64,000 nucleotides of DNA from Eledone cirrhosa. Lineage: Eukaryota. A program made the translations under genes and the position numbers. Shown piece after piece: positions 27,701 to 41,028 of this stretch. How positions within the stretch are numbered: the stretch's first letter is position 1; each line of letters opens with the position of its first letter. The stretch lies in the NCBI GenBank assembly GCA_964016885.1, contig OZ024740.1:154194001-154258000 (forward strand). The letters are read 5' to 3'. The notes beneath the pieces are model-generated. The model made no database searches and was not told the origin of the DNA. It saw only the letters and a program-made list of their open reading frames with translations.

Positions 27701-28379
27701 TCTGTCCATAGTCTCCCTTCTCCTTTCAATCCTATTACCTTCCCTTATTTCTGTGCTACTGCCATTACCTGTTTTCTGTGTCTGTGTGTTTGTTAAGATT
27801 GTGGTGGTGGTGAGAGGCATTGAATGTGTGTGTTGTTGTTGTTGTTGTTGTTGTTGTTGATGTGTGCTGTTGTTGATGTGTGTTGTTGTTGTTGTCTCCG
27901 TGTATGTTATTATTGTTGTGTGTTGTTATTGTTGTTTGTGTCTGCGTGTCTGTTGTTGTTGTTGTTTCTGAGTATGTTATTATTGTTGATGTGTGTGTTG
28001 TTGTTATTGTTGTTTATGTCTGTGTGTCTGTTGTTGTTGGGATGTGTGTTGTATATGTGTGTGCGTATGTTGTTACTTTTGTTTTTGTTTTTGTTTTTGA
28101 GGCTCCAACGTAATTTTGTAAATGTCCTGTTCTTCAGGACGTATAATGTTTATAAATATTAGTTTTTCTCTTGGTGTGGTGATCTTAGTTATTTCTTGTA
28201 TTAGGTTACGCTTATGTTTTTCTTGATGACATAATTCTCTATAGATCTTCTTTTTATGTTTAGAATTAGTGTTCGTTTTAGCCTATCTGCTTGCTTTTTG
28301 GTGAGCTGTAATCTTCTTACGTCGGTGTTGATGGTGTTGGTGTAAACTCGGGACGAGGCACATTCTTTTATGAAGTGTA
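24734..28379 (-). mobile_element. Penelope-like retroelement (RT and C-terminal GIY-YIG; Naiad/Nematis-like), frameshifted
   Basis: PTDKSGR, TRPVCGA, DVVSLYPSI, QEEGAAIG, YSRYVDD, LPVLD; Cys-rich linker; VVYSIRC...YIGETARS...RINEH. Confidence 0.9.
24888..24930 (-). ncRNA. Minimal hammerhead ribozyme in the PLE 3' pseudo-LTR
   Basis: GTCA-CTGAAGA-g-GTCACA gaatg TGTGGC-GAAA-GAAC-TT^TGAC. Confidence 0.65.
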
Positions 28380-29078
28380 CCTCCATAAAAACACTTATTA
28401 GCAAGACATACCCTTTTCAAAAACATCCTGTATAGATAAGAAATGTATAACATGTAAATTAAGCCCCCATATTAACTGTAAAACTAGAAATGTAGTATAT
28501 AGCATAAGATGTACTGAAGGATAATGTAGAGATAAAAATATAGTGTACATAGGTGAGACAGCTCGTAGTGTAGCAGAACGGATAAATGAACACTGGTGAG
28601 AACTTCAAGATAGTAAAGAATCATCTGTACCAACATGCTAAAATAGAACATAAGGGTAAATTAGAGAACATAGAAATAAAAATAGAATCTACACACAGAA
28701 AAGACGCAATGTTTAGACAAATCACAGAGGCAATAAACATAAAAGAATTACAACCAAAATTAAATAGAAAACACGAGTGGAACAGCAACATCACAACTTA
28801 CAATTAAGGACAAAATGAAAACACACACGCACATAGAACAAACAACCAACCAGTAACATGTAAATAAACAAATAAATAAACGAATATAAACACATACAGA
28901 CACCCGGATGTGGCGCATGTGCAGACTGAGTACACAACACACACACAGAAACATGATGGCGGAAACCAACCGGAAATTTATAAATTCCTAAATTTATGAA
29001 TTTATTATAATAAATTGAAGTGAATGCTACTGGTGCGTGTGTTTCTTATTGGCAACATGACCCTCCCAAAGTATAACA

Positions 29079-29080
<2 letters not shown>
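28380..29080 (+). mobile_element. Inverted duplicate of the PLE 3' end (GIY-YIG and 3' UTR, hammerhead deleted)
   Basis: Reverse complement of ~24734-25566; ends CCCAAAGTATAACAAT then (TA)n. Confidence 0.88.
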
Positions 29081-29850
<770 letters not shown>

Positions 29851-29973
29851 ATGTACGTATGGATTCACCGAACATTTATTATAATGCTCTGTGTGTTTGT
29901 AAACAAACATCCCGAATTAAGCCGTAGTGTTTAGCAACCATCGTTGCCCTTTTGTTCAACACTGACAAAGGAA

Positions 29974-30014
29974 CGATGTACTAGTTTCAAGCTTATTAGC
30001 TATCGTCAGCACCG
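29974..30014 (-). ncRNA. Minimal PLE-type hammerhead ribozyme
   Basis: CGGTG-CTGACGA-t-AGCT aata AGCT-t-GAAA-CTAG-TA^CATCG; palindromic stem III ACTAGT. Confidence 0.6.
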
Positions 30015-30133
30015 TATACCTTCCTGCCAGATGATTGAACGTCTGAAAGTATATACTTTCCTTATGCATATTAACGGCTGAGTAGCCTAATTTGCATATC
30101 GAGTGAGTTAATCGACCGAGCGCACCGAAAACG

Positions 30134-30343
30134 ATAAACGGAAAAAATGAAACGAAATTTCATTTTTCACTCTTAGTACAGCTGTATATATATATACGTA
30201 CATATATATATGTGTGCATGTATGTATATATATATACTACTGTACGTCTGTATACATATATGTATGTGCGTATACATACTTATATTTAAGTAACAGCCGT
30301 ACTAAGAGTGAGAAATGAAATTTCGTTTCATTTTTCCGTTTAT
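30134..30343. repeat. ~50-bp inverted repeat around a TA-rich spacer
   Basis: ATAAACGGAAAAA...CTCTTAGTAC versus GTACTAAGAG...TTTTTCCGTTTAT. Confidence 0.75.
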
Positions 30344-30363
30344 ATATATATATGTATATATAC

Positions 30364-30423
<60 letters not shown>

Positions 30424-30711
30424 GGGGTAACAAATAATAGTTATATGGAGTCCACTTAGGTGAAGTCCAGTTATGGTACTCCAGGTAGTGGATGAAATCA
30501 ACGCTTGGCTAAGTTTGACTCAACAAGGCGTTTCCATAGTGATGTTGCGAGTACGCTGTAATTCCTATGTTGTAAACACTTGGAGTAATAATAAATCAGG
30601 AAAGAAGAGTGACACGGTTTGCTATACAAAAAAAATGTTTTTAATCTCATTGCTGACAATTGTTTCTCTGAACTGGTAGGTCTAGAGATCGCTATCCGCT
30701 TATTTTCGCGT

Positions 30712-30814
30712 TACTCGATCGCCAATACAAAATTATAACCAGTCATTTCATCGGAGCTTGCATTCTCGCAAGCTCCGATGAACTGACTGGTTATAATTTT
30801 GTATTGGCGATCGA

Positions 30815-30817
<3 letters not shown>
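30712..30817. repeat. Fold-back with 50-bp arms and a 6-nt loop
   Basis: Arms 30712-30761 and 30768-30817, one mismatch; abuts (TA)n. Confidence 0.85.
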
Positions 30818-30890
<73 letters not shown>

Positions 30891-30893
<3 letters not shown>

Positions 30894-32471
30894 GGTTGTG
30901 ACGTTTTGACTTTTTGTAAAATAATTGATTTTCTGTATCATAATTCGATGAATTTTGTTAAAAAATAATTGTCTCTACATTTGGCACAAGGCCAGCAATC
31001 ACCCAGTGCATTACTGGTACTTTATTTTATCGACCCCATAAGGATGAAAAGCAAAGTTAACCTCGGCGTGATTTGAACTCAGAATGGCAAGGGCCGTAAC
31101 TCTATGCGTCAAAGCATGGCGTCCGACCCTCTACCGATACTGCCAATCCACGGCTAGTGGATTTGATAAAAAATAATGAAAAAAGCTTTCATTCGGATTA
31201 GCCTTTAAAAAAGGTCACCCCCAACACGACATTTCTAAAATCGTATATAAGTATAGTACTACTATTACTTTGTCGAGCCGTCTACCACTTTCTGGAACCT
31301 TCTAGAACTTTTTTGAAAGTTACTAGAACTTTATGGAACCTTCTACAACCTTCTGGAGTCTTCTACAACTTTCTGAAAATGTATGTCTAGTATTTTGTGG
31401 GACTATATAAACGCGAGCGCTGTTTGGGTTGTCAGTATCTTGTGTTTGTGATTAAATATTTTTTCTTTTTTTCTGAGTATACAAGCCTCCTGATTGATAA
31501 AGCAAGCTGTTGATTTGCTGAAAGATTCCTAAGTATTCATTTTTAAGCATAGTGTGTCATAGAATAGGTGCTTCCACCACTGAAAGAAACAAAAAGATCT
31601 GGACGAAGAATCTCATAAGATTTCAAAAGTCACACAAGGAACTGTTCCACAAGAAGAACATTCACTGGTCGCTATCTGTTTCTTGGAGCATCCATCAAAA
31701 GAAGGAAAGTATGTATAAAGGAAATCGCTAAAGAAGTAACAAGTTTATGGCAAAAGAAATTAAATTTCCTAAATTTATCAACTCAAGTCATACAAATAAA
31801 ACTGGATCAGGTATTAAACGCCTACAATGAATGTGTGAAACGAAGAAAATATGATCCATTGAATGAAACTGTTGACATCACAAAAGAAAATGGTGAATGG
31901 CTGTGTAGTGAGGATAGTCGCTTATATCATCTTCAGATCTAAAGCAAAGGACAAGTTGGATACAGAACTAGAAAGATTGCGAGTTCCAAAGCTATTCATC
32001 TATCCAAAAGAAGAAAAGTGACCTTGGTGCGAACTACAACAGCAGTAACAACAATAACAACACCGACTTCAATTTCCGAATCAGAGACCCAATCAGAGAA
32101 TGAATATGAAGAGTTTGAAAGTTCTGGAGAAAAAATCTTCAAGAAAAAGAAAGAAGCGTAGCAAAACTAAAATTGCAACCAAAAAGCAATAAATATTTGT
32201 CGGCAGTTATCTTAAGAAGCAATTGGCGTTGAGACACCTTCCCAATATGGTATTTACAGTATTAAACAAGTTGTTAAACTTAAAGAAGAAATAAAAAAAA
32301 AACACTACACTTAGAAAATTGGTCATTGCATTTCGATGGTAAACGAATTGATGGCCAAGTATATCAAGTGTTCGCTTTGAAGAATGAAAGAAGAGAAGAT
32401 AAGTTAGAAGTATTAGGTCTACCAAATGGAAAAGCGGATACTGTTGTCAAAGGCATAACAGATGTTCTAGA

Positions 32472-32476
<5 letters not shown>
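30891..32476 (+). mobile_element. DNA transposon left end and degraded transposase N-terminus (tentatively hATm-like)
   Basis: Starts TAGGGTTG; a related terminal sequence lies reversed at ~24620-24661; remnants KEIAKEVTSLW and HFDGK...LPNGKADTVVKGITDVLDEY; superfamily call is from memory. Confidence 0.55.
30967..31151 (-). mobile_element. tRNA-derived SINE (cephalopod type) inserted in the DNA transposon
   Basis: A box TGGCAGTATCGG, B box GAGTTCAAATC, core TTTCATCCTT..GGGTCGATAAAATAAAGTACCAG. Confidence 0.85.
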
Positions 32477-32541
<65 letters not shown>

Positions 32542-32578
32542 AAGCTCGACCTGATGATGAAGATATATATATATATAT

Positions 32579-32669
32579 ATGACAAAATAAGATGCTGAGG
32601 TTACATATATCGTTTAATCATTATATAATGATTAAACGATAGATGAAACCTCAGCATTTGTTTTGTCAT
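32579..32669. repeat. ~90-bp imperfect palindrome
   Basis: ATGACAAAA...ATCGTTTAATCATTAT|ATAATGATTAAACGAT...TTTTGTCAT. Confidence 0.8.
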
Positions 32670-32757
32670 TTTTATAAAATTCTCCATCATAACTAAAAAC
32701 TACGATCGTTGAGAGCTTTCTCTTGCTTATTCCTGTTTTTACCAAACCAATCTCTTC

Positions 32758-33649
32758 TGGTCTTTATTCTCTCTCGTTCACGATTTCACCGAACTTATAT
32801 TCATGGAAATTTGGGACTTAACTCCTTCTTCCTCACTTTTCGCTGCTTCACCATCTTTGTTTGTTTACACTCTCGTGTCCCCTTTATTTACGTGTCCCAA
32901 CGACATTTTTTAGCCGTTGCTCGCACCAACTGGAGGTATATGGTCTTTAAAGCGATGAAATACCAATGATGGTTGGAATATCACTGATGAAGGACTAACT
33001 TTATTCATATGTAACCCATTAGCAACCACGCAGCACGTTTATTCTCATATTTACACATATTTTTTCCCCCGCTGTGACCCGTCTATTTCGTTCTTACTGC
33101 TTCCTCTTTCTCTGTATCTTTACCCTCTCTAACAGTCACTCTCTCTGTTAGCCTCTTACTCACCCTTCACTCACTCACTCTCTGTTACTACCTCTCCTCC
33201 TCCTCCTCCTTCTGCCCGTTTGACCTGTGCGTAATTCTTTTCTTTCGCACCCTTGGTCAGGCAGGTCGCTTTTTTTCTCTCTCTTGTCTACGATTTCACA
33301 GAATTTACGTTCACCGAATTCACAGACTAGATTACTTCTTCCTCCCGTTAGACCTGTACGGAATTCCTTCCTTGCTCACATTCCAACCAGGTTTGATGGT
33401 CTTTATTCTCTCTCGTTCACGATTTCACCGAACTTATATTCATGGAAATTTGGGACTTGACTCCTTCTTCCTCACTTTTCGTTGCTTCACTATCTTTGTT
33501 TGTTTACACTCTCGTGTCCCCTTTATTTACGTGTCCCAACGACTTTTTTTAGCCGTTGCTCGTACCAACCGGAGGTATATGGTCTTTAAAGCCATGAAAT
33601 ACCAATGATGGTTGGAAGATCACTGATGAAGGACTAACTTTATTCATAT
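32758..33649 (+). repeat. 639-bp unit present ~1.4 times (PLE pseudo-LTR or retrozyme-like), hammerhead 5' half only
   Basis: Direct repeats 32758-33010 and 33397-33649, each near its end containing CACTGATGAAGGAC; followed by (TA)n. Confidence 0.6.
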
Positions 33650-33912
33650 ATATATATATATATATACATATATATAGATAGATAGATAAATATACACGGG
33701 TGTGTATGATTGTGTATAGAAGATTATATTAATAAAAGGAATTCCAACTTTGTCTGATTTACTCGTTTTATTTACAAGCCTTTAAAATTTATAATGGTAT
33801 TAGAATGAAATAGTATGGTAGAATATTAAATGTTAAGTGTTAATTGAACAAGTACTTTAATGCGTTCGCAATCTTCAGGTTCATAATGTGTGGTGACAGT
33901 CAAGTTTGCAAA

Positions 33913-34007
<95 letters not shown>

Positions 34008-34009
<2 letters not shown>

Positions 34010-34205
34010 TGTTGTACTTTGGGAGTTTGGGAGTCATGTTGCCAATAAAAACACAGGCACTTGTTGGTTTTCCCTTCAATTTATTATAAATTTCCGGTTG
34101 GTTGGTTGATTCGTTACACATTCTGTGACCTCCTCAGTGACTAGGTTTTAGTTTTTGTGTCTCTCCTTTGTTCTGCCCTACACCATCTTGTTTTTGTGTG
34201 GTGTG
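34008..34205 (-). mobile_element. Solo 3' fragment of the PLE family at 24734, next to (TA)n
   Basis: Homologous to ~24736-25000, with a partial hammerhead CTGAGGAGGTCACA. Confidence 0.75.
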
Positions 34206-34602
34206 CGTATGTGTTTATGTGTGTAAGATTAAGAAATAGGTAGAGATCGCCAATGAGAGGATGATGGTATGATAGGTTAGATACATAGATTGATAAACAG
34301 AATGGAGAGACGAAAATAGGATATTGTTTATTTCCTGAACGGATAGTAGACACGTGACTAATTGTTTGCGTGCGCCTGTGTACGTGTGTGCGTGAGCGTG
34401 TGTGTGTGTGTGTGTGGTGTGTGTTCATCAATAATTCTATCGTTATGAATGCTATATAGATTTAGACTTAGAACAGTGAACACTCCTGCACACAGACACT
34501 TATACACGCACAACGTTTACAAATAGCAAAAATGATAATACAGATTAGAAAAAAGAAAAAAACGAACAAACTTATATGCACATACACACAATGTGTATGT
34601 AT

Positions 34603-34693
<91 letters not shown>

Positions 34694-36509
34694 TTTATAT
34701 ATATATGTATATATATATATATACAAAAAAATGTATATATATTTAAATATATGTGTATATATATATATATATGAGTGTATGTGTGTGCGTTAGTGTGTGT
34801 GTGTGTTTATGTGTGTGTATCCCACACACTCAAACGCACATTTATACATAATATATGTGTTTGTATCCGTATGTATTTGTCGAAAGTAAACTATGCGAAA
34901 ATTATACAAAAATGATAAAAAGTCGTAAGATATAATAATTTAAAAAAGGAAAGGAATAAATATTTCTTCTTTCTCGTTTTTCTTAAAAAATATATCCAAT
35001 AATCTTACAAACATACAATCCCTTCGTACTTTATTCATACACGAAAAAATAAACGTAGAATAAAAAAATCCGATTTTTTAATTCTGCTTCATAAGCTACT
35101 GTTTAAATACATATGATAGTGCTATTGTCTTTACTATTGTTTTGTGCTGATATTCGTAGGTTTTTTCTTCTTTTCTTTATATTTACTTGGCGTTCTTGCG
35201 TTGTAAACAGTTTTAGGGAATAGAAAAATAGATGAGAATATACAATTCTTAAAATATTGTGTCTATACTGTTGTATGATAATGTTTTTAAGTTATTTATA
35301 GTAGTATTATATATAATGGCGATGGTATGGTGGTATTCAAATCTAAACATCGAAAGTTACTCTAATGCTTCTTATATACTGCTCTAGTGTAGTGCAATAC
35401 AGTGAATTGTGAGATGGGGAATTTATATGAATTGTTAGAGTGACAGATAGAATTTCTTTGCCATATTCGTTCTTTGAGCTCTGAGTTCAAATCAAGTCAT
35501 CAATTTTATCTTTATCTTTTTCGATAACAAACCGTTTGAAATTGACCCTTCTGCTATGACACAAGGCGATTCGGGACGTGTTCTCTGTCTCTAAGGGTAA
35601 TTCACTCATAGTGATTGACTACTATTTATTGTGATCGACTGTTATAACGGTTATTTTCTGCGTTTTGGACACTCACGTTTTCAAATCACCAACTGTAAGA
35701 ATCTTTGTGGAGATATGTTCCAAACACCAGCATAGAAACGAAACAGTTATTTTAGTAAATCCCTTCAAATTCTTAATTATTTAAAAAAACTGTTTGAATA
35801 TTACAGAGAGTACTTTCATTAGAAATATGTAAACGAAAGGGTTAATACTTCGGAGCTGATAAATAATGTACCAGGTCAGTATTGAGTCGGATAATTTCTT
35901 TCGCTTTCTATTCATTTCTTTCTCTCGTTATCTCTCTGGATTGTACCTGTATGTCAAACACCGAGCCTCGTTGATTCAGCCGTGGAGTTGCGTTAAAGCT
36001 ACCTGTGGGTGCAGAATACTCAGCCGCATACACGTTAATTTTCATGTATAGGGAATCATGCCAGGTTTCTCTACAGGTTCCATCGTAAAGAGAAAGCTAA
36101 GGTAAAAGGATGCGAAGCAGGAGGACCGAAACTACGTTATTTTAACCTCTAAGTCATAAATATATAAAGTTTAGATGTATCATTGCACATATAAACTCGA
36201 GATGTCGTATATCTGATGAGATGTCGAAAAAGAGTCGAGCCCTATCACTTTGATTGTACCCTGAACTGATCGATATCGAAACAATTGTAATAAGCCAATA
36301 ACGTTTGTAGATATGCTGCAACATTAACTTTGATTCTAATTAATCTATTTACACTCTGGGAACTACAGCCGCCTTAACTCTGAAATACAACACACATGAG
36401 AAGTACCTCGTAAAAGCATTGAGTGCTTCGAACGGTACGCCGACTATAACTGTATTTATACACCTAACTAACATACACACTCACACGCACACACATACGC
36501 GCACGCACA

Positions 36510-36563
<54 letters not shown>

Positions 36564-36859
36564 TATATATATATATATATATATACCGAGTCAAGAGAGA
36601 TAGAAAAAGAGATATAACGTGATATTATTATGCATAGACATTGGGTACATGAATATTCATTAGACAGTTTCGTTTCCGATTGTGTTCTGAACCTATGGCC
36701 AAATTGTTGAACTTTGCATGATAAACCAACGGAAATTAGTTATATGCATATATGTATGTATAAACACACACACACGCACACACACATACGCATAAACATA
36801 CACATACATGCATACCTCCATTCATCCATACATGCATACCTCCATCCATCTATCCATAC

Positions 36860-37374
<515 letters not shown>

Positions 37375-37463
37375 TAGATATTTAGAACGATGGATTTATA
37401 GAGACAGGCAGATAGATAGATAGATAGTTAGATAGATAGATATATAAATAGATAGATAGATAT

Positions 37464-38101
37464 ATTTCTTTATTTGCCACAAGGGCGCACAAGAAAAGGA
37501 GACAATACAAAGACATGCCGGGGATTTTACATACAGTCGTGTAAAAATATTATTAAAACAAACAAATTTAAGAATCGAAATCCCCAATAAGGGGGAGGCG
37601 TTACAAATGGGTTGTTTAATACCCAGTCGATAGAACAACCCTCAACCCCAGGAGCGTGTTGTGCAAGTGCTCCTTTCTTCCTTTTGCTCTCTTCTTCAAT
37701 CTACAGGTTTATATACAGAGAAGGCCCAATCACTCGAGCCATTTTTGCTACATTCACCCACCTTTCAGTAAGTTTATTGGGGTGAAGTGCCCCTCACTCC
37801 ACTCTGATTATCCTTCTAAAGTGGTACCTAAAGAAGGGAATGAGTTGTTGTCCGGAGAGAAAGGCATCTGTCCTCAGTCCTCTCAATCTCGTCCACCATA
37901 TAATTTCTTTTACCATAGCCACTATACAGAGGAAAACCGCCTCCTTTCGTTTTTGAAAGAAGTTGGCGGTTTGATCCTTACTATGTCCCATACGTGACTG
38001 CAGTTGTTCTTCGTAGTTCCACAGGTCGGTTACGCCCGGGCAGTGTACAATTGCGTGCAAAACGGTTTCAATGTCCTGCACGCATCTTGGACACGTCCTC
38101 T
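37464..38101 (-). mobile_element. Tx1-like LINE 3' fragment (same family as 1899-2652)
   Basis: Homologous 3' UTR and CCHC region; GATA flanks. Confidence 0.88.
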
Positions 38102-38126
38102 AATAGATAGATAGATAGATAGATAT

Positions 38127-40965
38127 ATTTCTTTATTAGCCACAAGGGTACAAAAGAAGAGGACAAATACAAATGGGGAGTTTATACAGGTATATGAAAA
38201 TAAAACTATTAATAAAATAACAAATAACAATTGAAATCCCCAATAGAGGGCAGGTGTTACACAGGTTGTACACACCCCGAAAAAATGTACAACCCTCATC
38301 TCCAGGAGCACCAAGAGTGAGTACTCCTTCCCTCTCTTCCCCTTTTTGCTCAACCTCAGGCTTATATAGAGAGAAGGCCCAACCACTCAGGCCATCTTTG
38401 CCACATTCACCAACCTTTTATAAAACTTGCTGGGGTACAGCACCTCTCTCTCGATCCTGATTCTTCTTCCAAAGTGGTATTAGAAAAAAAGAATCAGTTA
38501 TTGGCTGGAGAGAAAGGTGTCTGACCTCAGCCCTTTTAACCTCGTCCACCATATAACCTCTTTCACCATAGCCATAACACATAGGAAAACCGCCTCTCCT
38601 TCGTTTTTGAAGGAGTGTGGCGGTTTAATCATGACAATGGACTCGGTGGTCAACTGGATTAGTCCCACCCGCGACAAAAGTAGTTCTACATAGCCCCACA
38701 GGTCGGTAACTCCCGGACACTGTACAAATGCGTGCGCGACGGTTTCCTTGTTGCGCACGTATCTCGGACAGATCTTTTTCGAAGGGTCCCTGCCCCGACG
38801 CCCGTGTCTGTAGAGCTAGTCTCGATCTGGTAGAGCTCCTCGGTAGCATTGCCAGGCCAAGGACTTTTGGAAGTTGTCCATCGTACCGGGCGGAAGGTCC
38901 TACGGAACGGACTGGCCAGTTCGTCCTCCTCTACACTTAGAGTTTCTCCGAGCGCGTCGTCGCGCTTGCTGCGGACCAACCCTCTATAGAATGACGAAGT
39001 GGAGTCTTCACTGATCGCCAGGTTCGTTTGCCAGAGGACTGTGAGCGCCTAAGCACATTCGATGTGCCAGTCGCCCATTTTCCTCGGTCTTTGCTTGACC
39101 CAGGACTGCAGCTCGGTCAGCGAGACGAGTCGTGGGAAGGCTCGCCTCACGAACGAGGCCCACGCCGGTTGTCCGGTGAAGAATACGTGGAGGTGCCGCA
39201 GCGTGAGCGCATGTTTGCGCATCGTCAGCCACGGCATCCGTAGTCCTCCGTTTGAAGGGTGTTGGTAGCAGATTGATCTTCTCACCAAAAGAGCCCGTTT
39301 CTTCCAAAGGAATTGGAAGAGCGCGCGCTCCATTTTGGTGAGCGTTTTGGCTGGACAAGGCACGACGCTCAAGCGGTAGTAGATGACGGACGCTATAAAA
39401 GTGTTCGCCACTTCCTCTCAACCTTTCAAGGATAGTTTGCACTCGGCCGACTTCTGGGTAAGCGCAAACACCTTGGCCGTCACCGCGTTCCAGTTCATCT
39501 CCACCTGGATGTCCGGACCCGAGCAGCTTTACCGGCCCTTCCGTGCAGCGTCCGACGACGCCATCGGAAGGCATCGGTTTGCCTCTCCACGTTTCGAGTT
39601 GCAAACCGACGGATATGTCCCGGTTGAGCTTCGCTCCTGTGAACCTTTCGTATTCCTTCATTAAGATGCCGACCTCCCCGATTTGCGAGGTTCTCGACAC
39701 CATTATTGTCACGTCGTCGGCGTAGGCGGATGCCGCTTTTTGCAGTCCCGGTTCCAAAGGGATACCCTGCATTAGCTTCAACTTCCGCAGTAGTGGCTCG
39801 AGAATCAGTACGTACAGAAAGTAGGAGAGAGGGCATCCCTGTCGGATGGATCGCGTGATATGGAACGGCTCCGAGAGGTAGCCGTTCACCATGACCCTTG
39901 AGCAGATGTTGTTGCTGTGCATTGCAGCAATTCAACCCCTTAACATGGGTCCGAAGCCTGCCGCCTCGAGCACCGCATCCTGGTAGCGATGGTCAACCCT
40001 ATCTAAAGTCTTAGACTGATCCAAGTTGATCAGCGCCCCACCGAAGCCGGATTTACACCCTACCCTCTCTATGATGTATCGCATGAGGTGGAGCTTATCG
40101 TGTATGGAATTGGTCGGAATTGCGCATGTCTGCGCTTCTCCCACCAGGTTTTCGACGACATGCGCCAGCCTCTTTGCCAACACATTGGCCAAAATCTGTA
40201 ACTCTGTCTTTAACATAGTTATGGGCCGGAAGTTACATATGTCATCCCCCTTATTCTCGTCCTTCCTGACAAATGTGACTACGCCCCTGTTGCAGTAGAT
40301 CGCTTCCAGGAGACCGGAGAACAAGTCCGGCATTGCTACGTAGAATTCGTAGGGTAGACCGTCGAGACCTGGAGATTTGCGTTTGTGCATTCGCTCAGCG
40401 CGTCCCCTATCTCAGCGGCCGAAATTGGCCTTTCGCAGAACTTCGCCTCGCTGTCTGAGAGTCGCGGCAGGCCGTCGAAGTATGGACTGAAATCCATAGC
40501 CACTCCCGTCGCGCCGCCCTTCCCGAACAGTTGAGCAAAGTGCCGCTGAAAGGCCGCGCACATCTGCTTCGGCTCACGTATCACGCGTCCGCCTTGGACC
40601 TTCAAAGACCGAATCGTGGACATGTTGCCACTTTTCGCCTCCGTCGCTCAGGCCCAGATAACAGCTTTGGCTCCCTCATTTCCCAGGGCACGTATTTTGC
40701 TCCTGACAACGCAGCCTTTGCGTCGAAGAACTGGTCCAAGGCCGTTCTCGTCTCTAGCACGGTGGCTACGTTGCCACTCCTAAGTGCCTCTTCTACTTTA
40801 ATTATCAGTTCCTTTTCGGTCTTATTTCTATCTAACACTAATTCTTTACTAAAACTTATCGAGTGTAATCTGACTGCCCTCTTGAGAGAGTACCACCATC
40901 TGTTGTTGACAATGGCCCCCGTCAAGTGCTGCTTAACTAAAGTGCAAATCCGTCTACTGTAGGCT
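38127..40965 (-). mobile_element. Tx1-like LINE, 5'-truncated after the endonuclease, degraded
   Basis: KSPGLDG, QGCPLS and YADD fragments; GATA flanks. Confidence 0.9.
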
Positions 40966-41004
<39 letters not shown>

Positions 41005-41028
41005 TATAGATAGATAGATAGATAGATA

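Noticed and set aside
36205-36240. CTGATGA...GAAA...GTC hammerhead-like string
   Set aside because: Stem II is only 2 bp and stem I does not pair.
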